A stretch of DNA of 63,716 nucleotides, counting the filler, from Kipferlia bialata (taxonomy: Eukaryota), in NCBI GenBank assembly GCA_003568945.1. It is 3 parts of 3 records of this genome, joined end to end, with 100 filler letters (N's around TTAATTAATTAA, not from the genome) between each part and the next. Parts side by side here need not be neighbours in the genome. Positions count along the whole stretch, not along the records: positions 46,400 to 63,716 come from BDIP01000320.1; 2 more parts are not named here. One strand, written 5' to 3'. The notes beneath the pieces are model-generated. The model was not told where the DNA came from, made no database searches, and was given only the letters and a program-made list of their open reading frames with translations. The position numbers and the translations under genes were made by a program. Below are positions 62,601 to 63,716 of this stretch, in pieces. Numbering within the stretch: the stretch's first letter is position 1; the number at the start of each line of letters is the position of its first letter.

Positions 62601-63032
62601 ATATGAGGTGGGATGGAATGGGAACACACACTCACCACCTGCCATTACCATCTACACACTCCCCCACCTATATATGCACCTATATATATATATACCCCAC
62701 CTGCATGTTGTAGAGGACACCGGACCCGACCAGGTACACCAGCACACACCCCGAGTGCACGGCCACCACAATGTTCTCGAAGATGGCGAGGGGGGCTATG
62801 CACTCCAGCACAATCATCTGCACACCCACAATCACACAGGCAATCACAATGGCGAATGTGACGTGTCGCTGCAAGATGACTAGGTTGCTGCTGAACTGGA
62901 ACTGAGACGCAGTGTATGCACCCCATCGTGATATGCTACCCCCTAGGAACCCGGAGGCCATGAGGGAGATCAGCACGGCAAAGCCTGAGACAAATCTAGG
63001 GTGGGAGGGGAATGGGAAGGCGAGTATACAGC

Positions 63033-63064
<32 letters not shown>

Positions 63065-63661
63065 GCCCCACCTGATGAGGTCGAGGTTGTACTCAGACCC
63101 ATGGGGGATGGGCACGGTTAGGATGTCTGTCTTGCCGCCTGTGACCCAGAGCAGGGTGAAGAAGAGGAGGAAGGGCAGCAGGAAGAACAGACCCTAAGGA
63201 TGAGGGAGGTATAGGTACACACTGTACAGGCCTCTAACAATAACACGAACGCACCTGCATGTAGCTCCTGATGGTGATGCCTATGGGCTCCTTGAGGAAG
63301 GAGTACTCCCCGCTGATCTCGTCGATGTCCTCCCTCTCCTCATGCATACCGCCTGGCAGCAGGGGGACATCCTCGGCAGGGCCCTCGTGCAGAATGTCAA
63401 ATGCCTGAATGGTCAGAGAGCATACCAAAGAGAGTGTAGCAGAGACACTGGGCACACACACTCCATTGTACATATACATATATATGATGGACACACACCT
63501 GGATGTCTGCGACTGTGATGTCCAGGGCGGGTAGGGGGGTGTCCACGTCCACCTCGCCCCCCGCCTCCACCTCTCGCACCCTCTCCCGCTGCGCCATGAT
63601 CTCAGCTGTCCTGAGGATGGCAGACAGGGGCAGCTCGTTGGAGGCCTCGGTCGCCCACTCC
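53635..63661 (-). CDS. Very large multipass membrane protein of unknown family (many exons; continues beyond window)
   Basis: Dense run of GT/AG exons. Hydrophobic helices cluster at about 62290-63195 and 59390-60500, with an acidic linker at 61690-61890 and a long soluble region at 53635-59300. No domain recognised. Confidence 0.7.
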
Positions 63662-63716
63662 TGGGGTGAGGGGGGGGGGGCAGGAAGAGAGAGTGGAGGG
63701 GGGATAGCCCACCCGT

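Overview
Eukaryotic, gene-dense DNA with many introns. About 12 spliced protein-coding genes are present, with short GT-AG introns whose branch point sits almost against the acceptor (CTNAC-CCC-YAG) and with (TA)n/(GA)n-rich intron filler. This style suggests an intron-rich metamonad/fornicate such as Kipferlia (inference only). Most entries in the six-frame ORF track are exon fragments or microsatellite read-through. Genes assembled by hand from exons: 3' end of an RNI-type LRR protein; an NYN/PIN-like nuclease with an RG tail; a STRIP1/Far11 homologue; MCM5; a SatP/YaaH acetate channel; a PPP Ser/Thr phosphatase with a His-rich insert and a CaaX end; a long coiled-coil protein; an alpha-arrestin-like protein; WDR17; a rhodanese/MPST N-domain; a vWA protein with a GGM/GYGQQPP tail; and a very large unknown multipass membrane protein. 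Two 100-nt N gaps carry an artificial TTAATTAATTAA linker. The main finding is that dozens of introns contain 1-6 extra copies ('echoes') of the adjacent exon end together with its splice site. In the echoes I aligned, the differences from the functional exon are mostly synonymous, which is not expected of neutral intronic duplicates. Exon boundaries are hand-derived and approximate.
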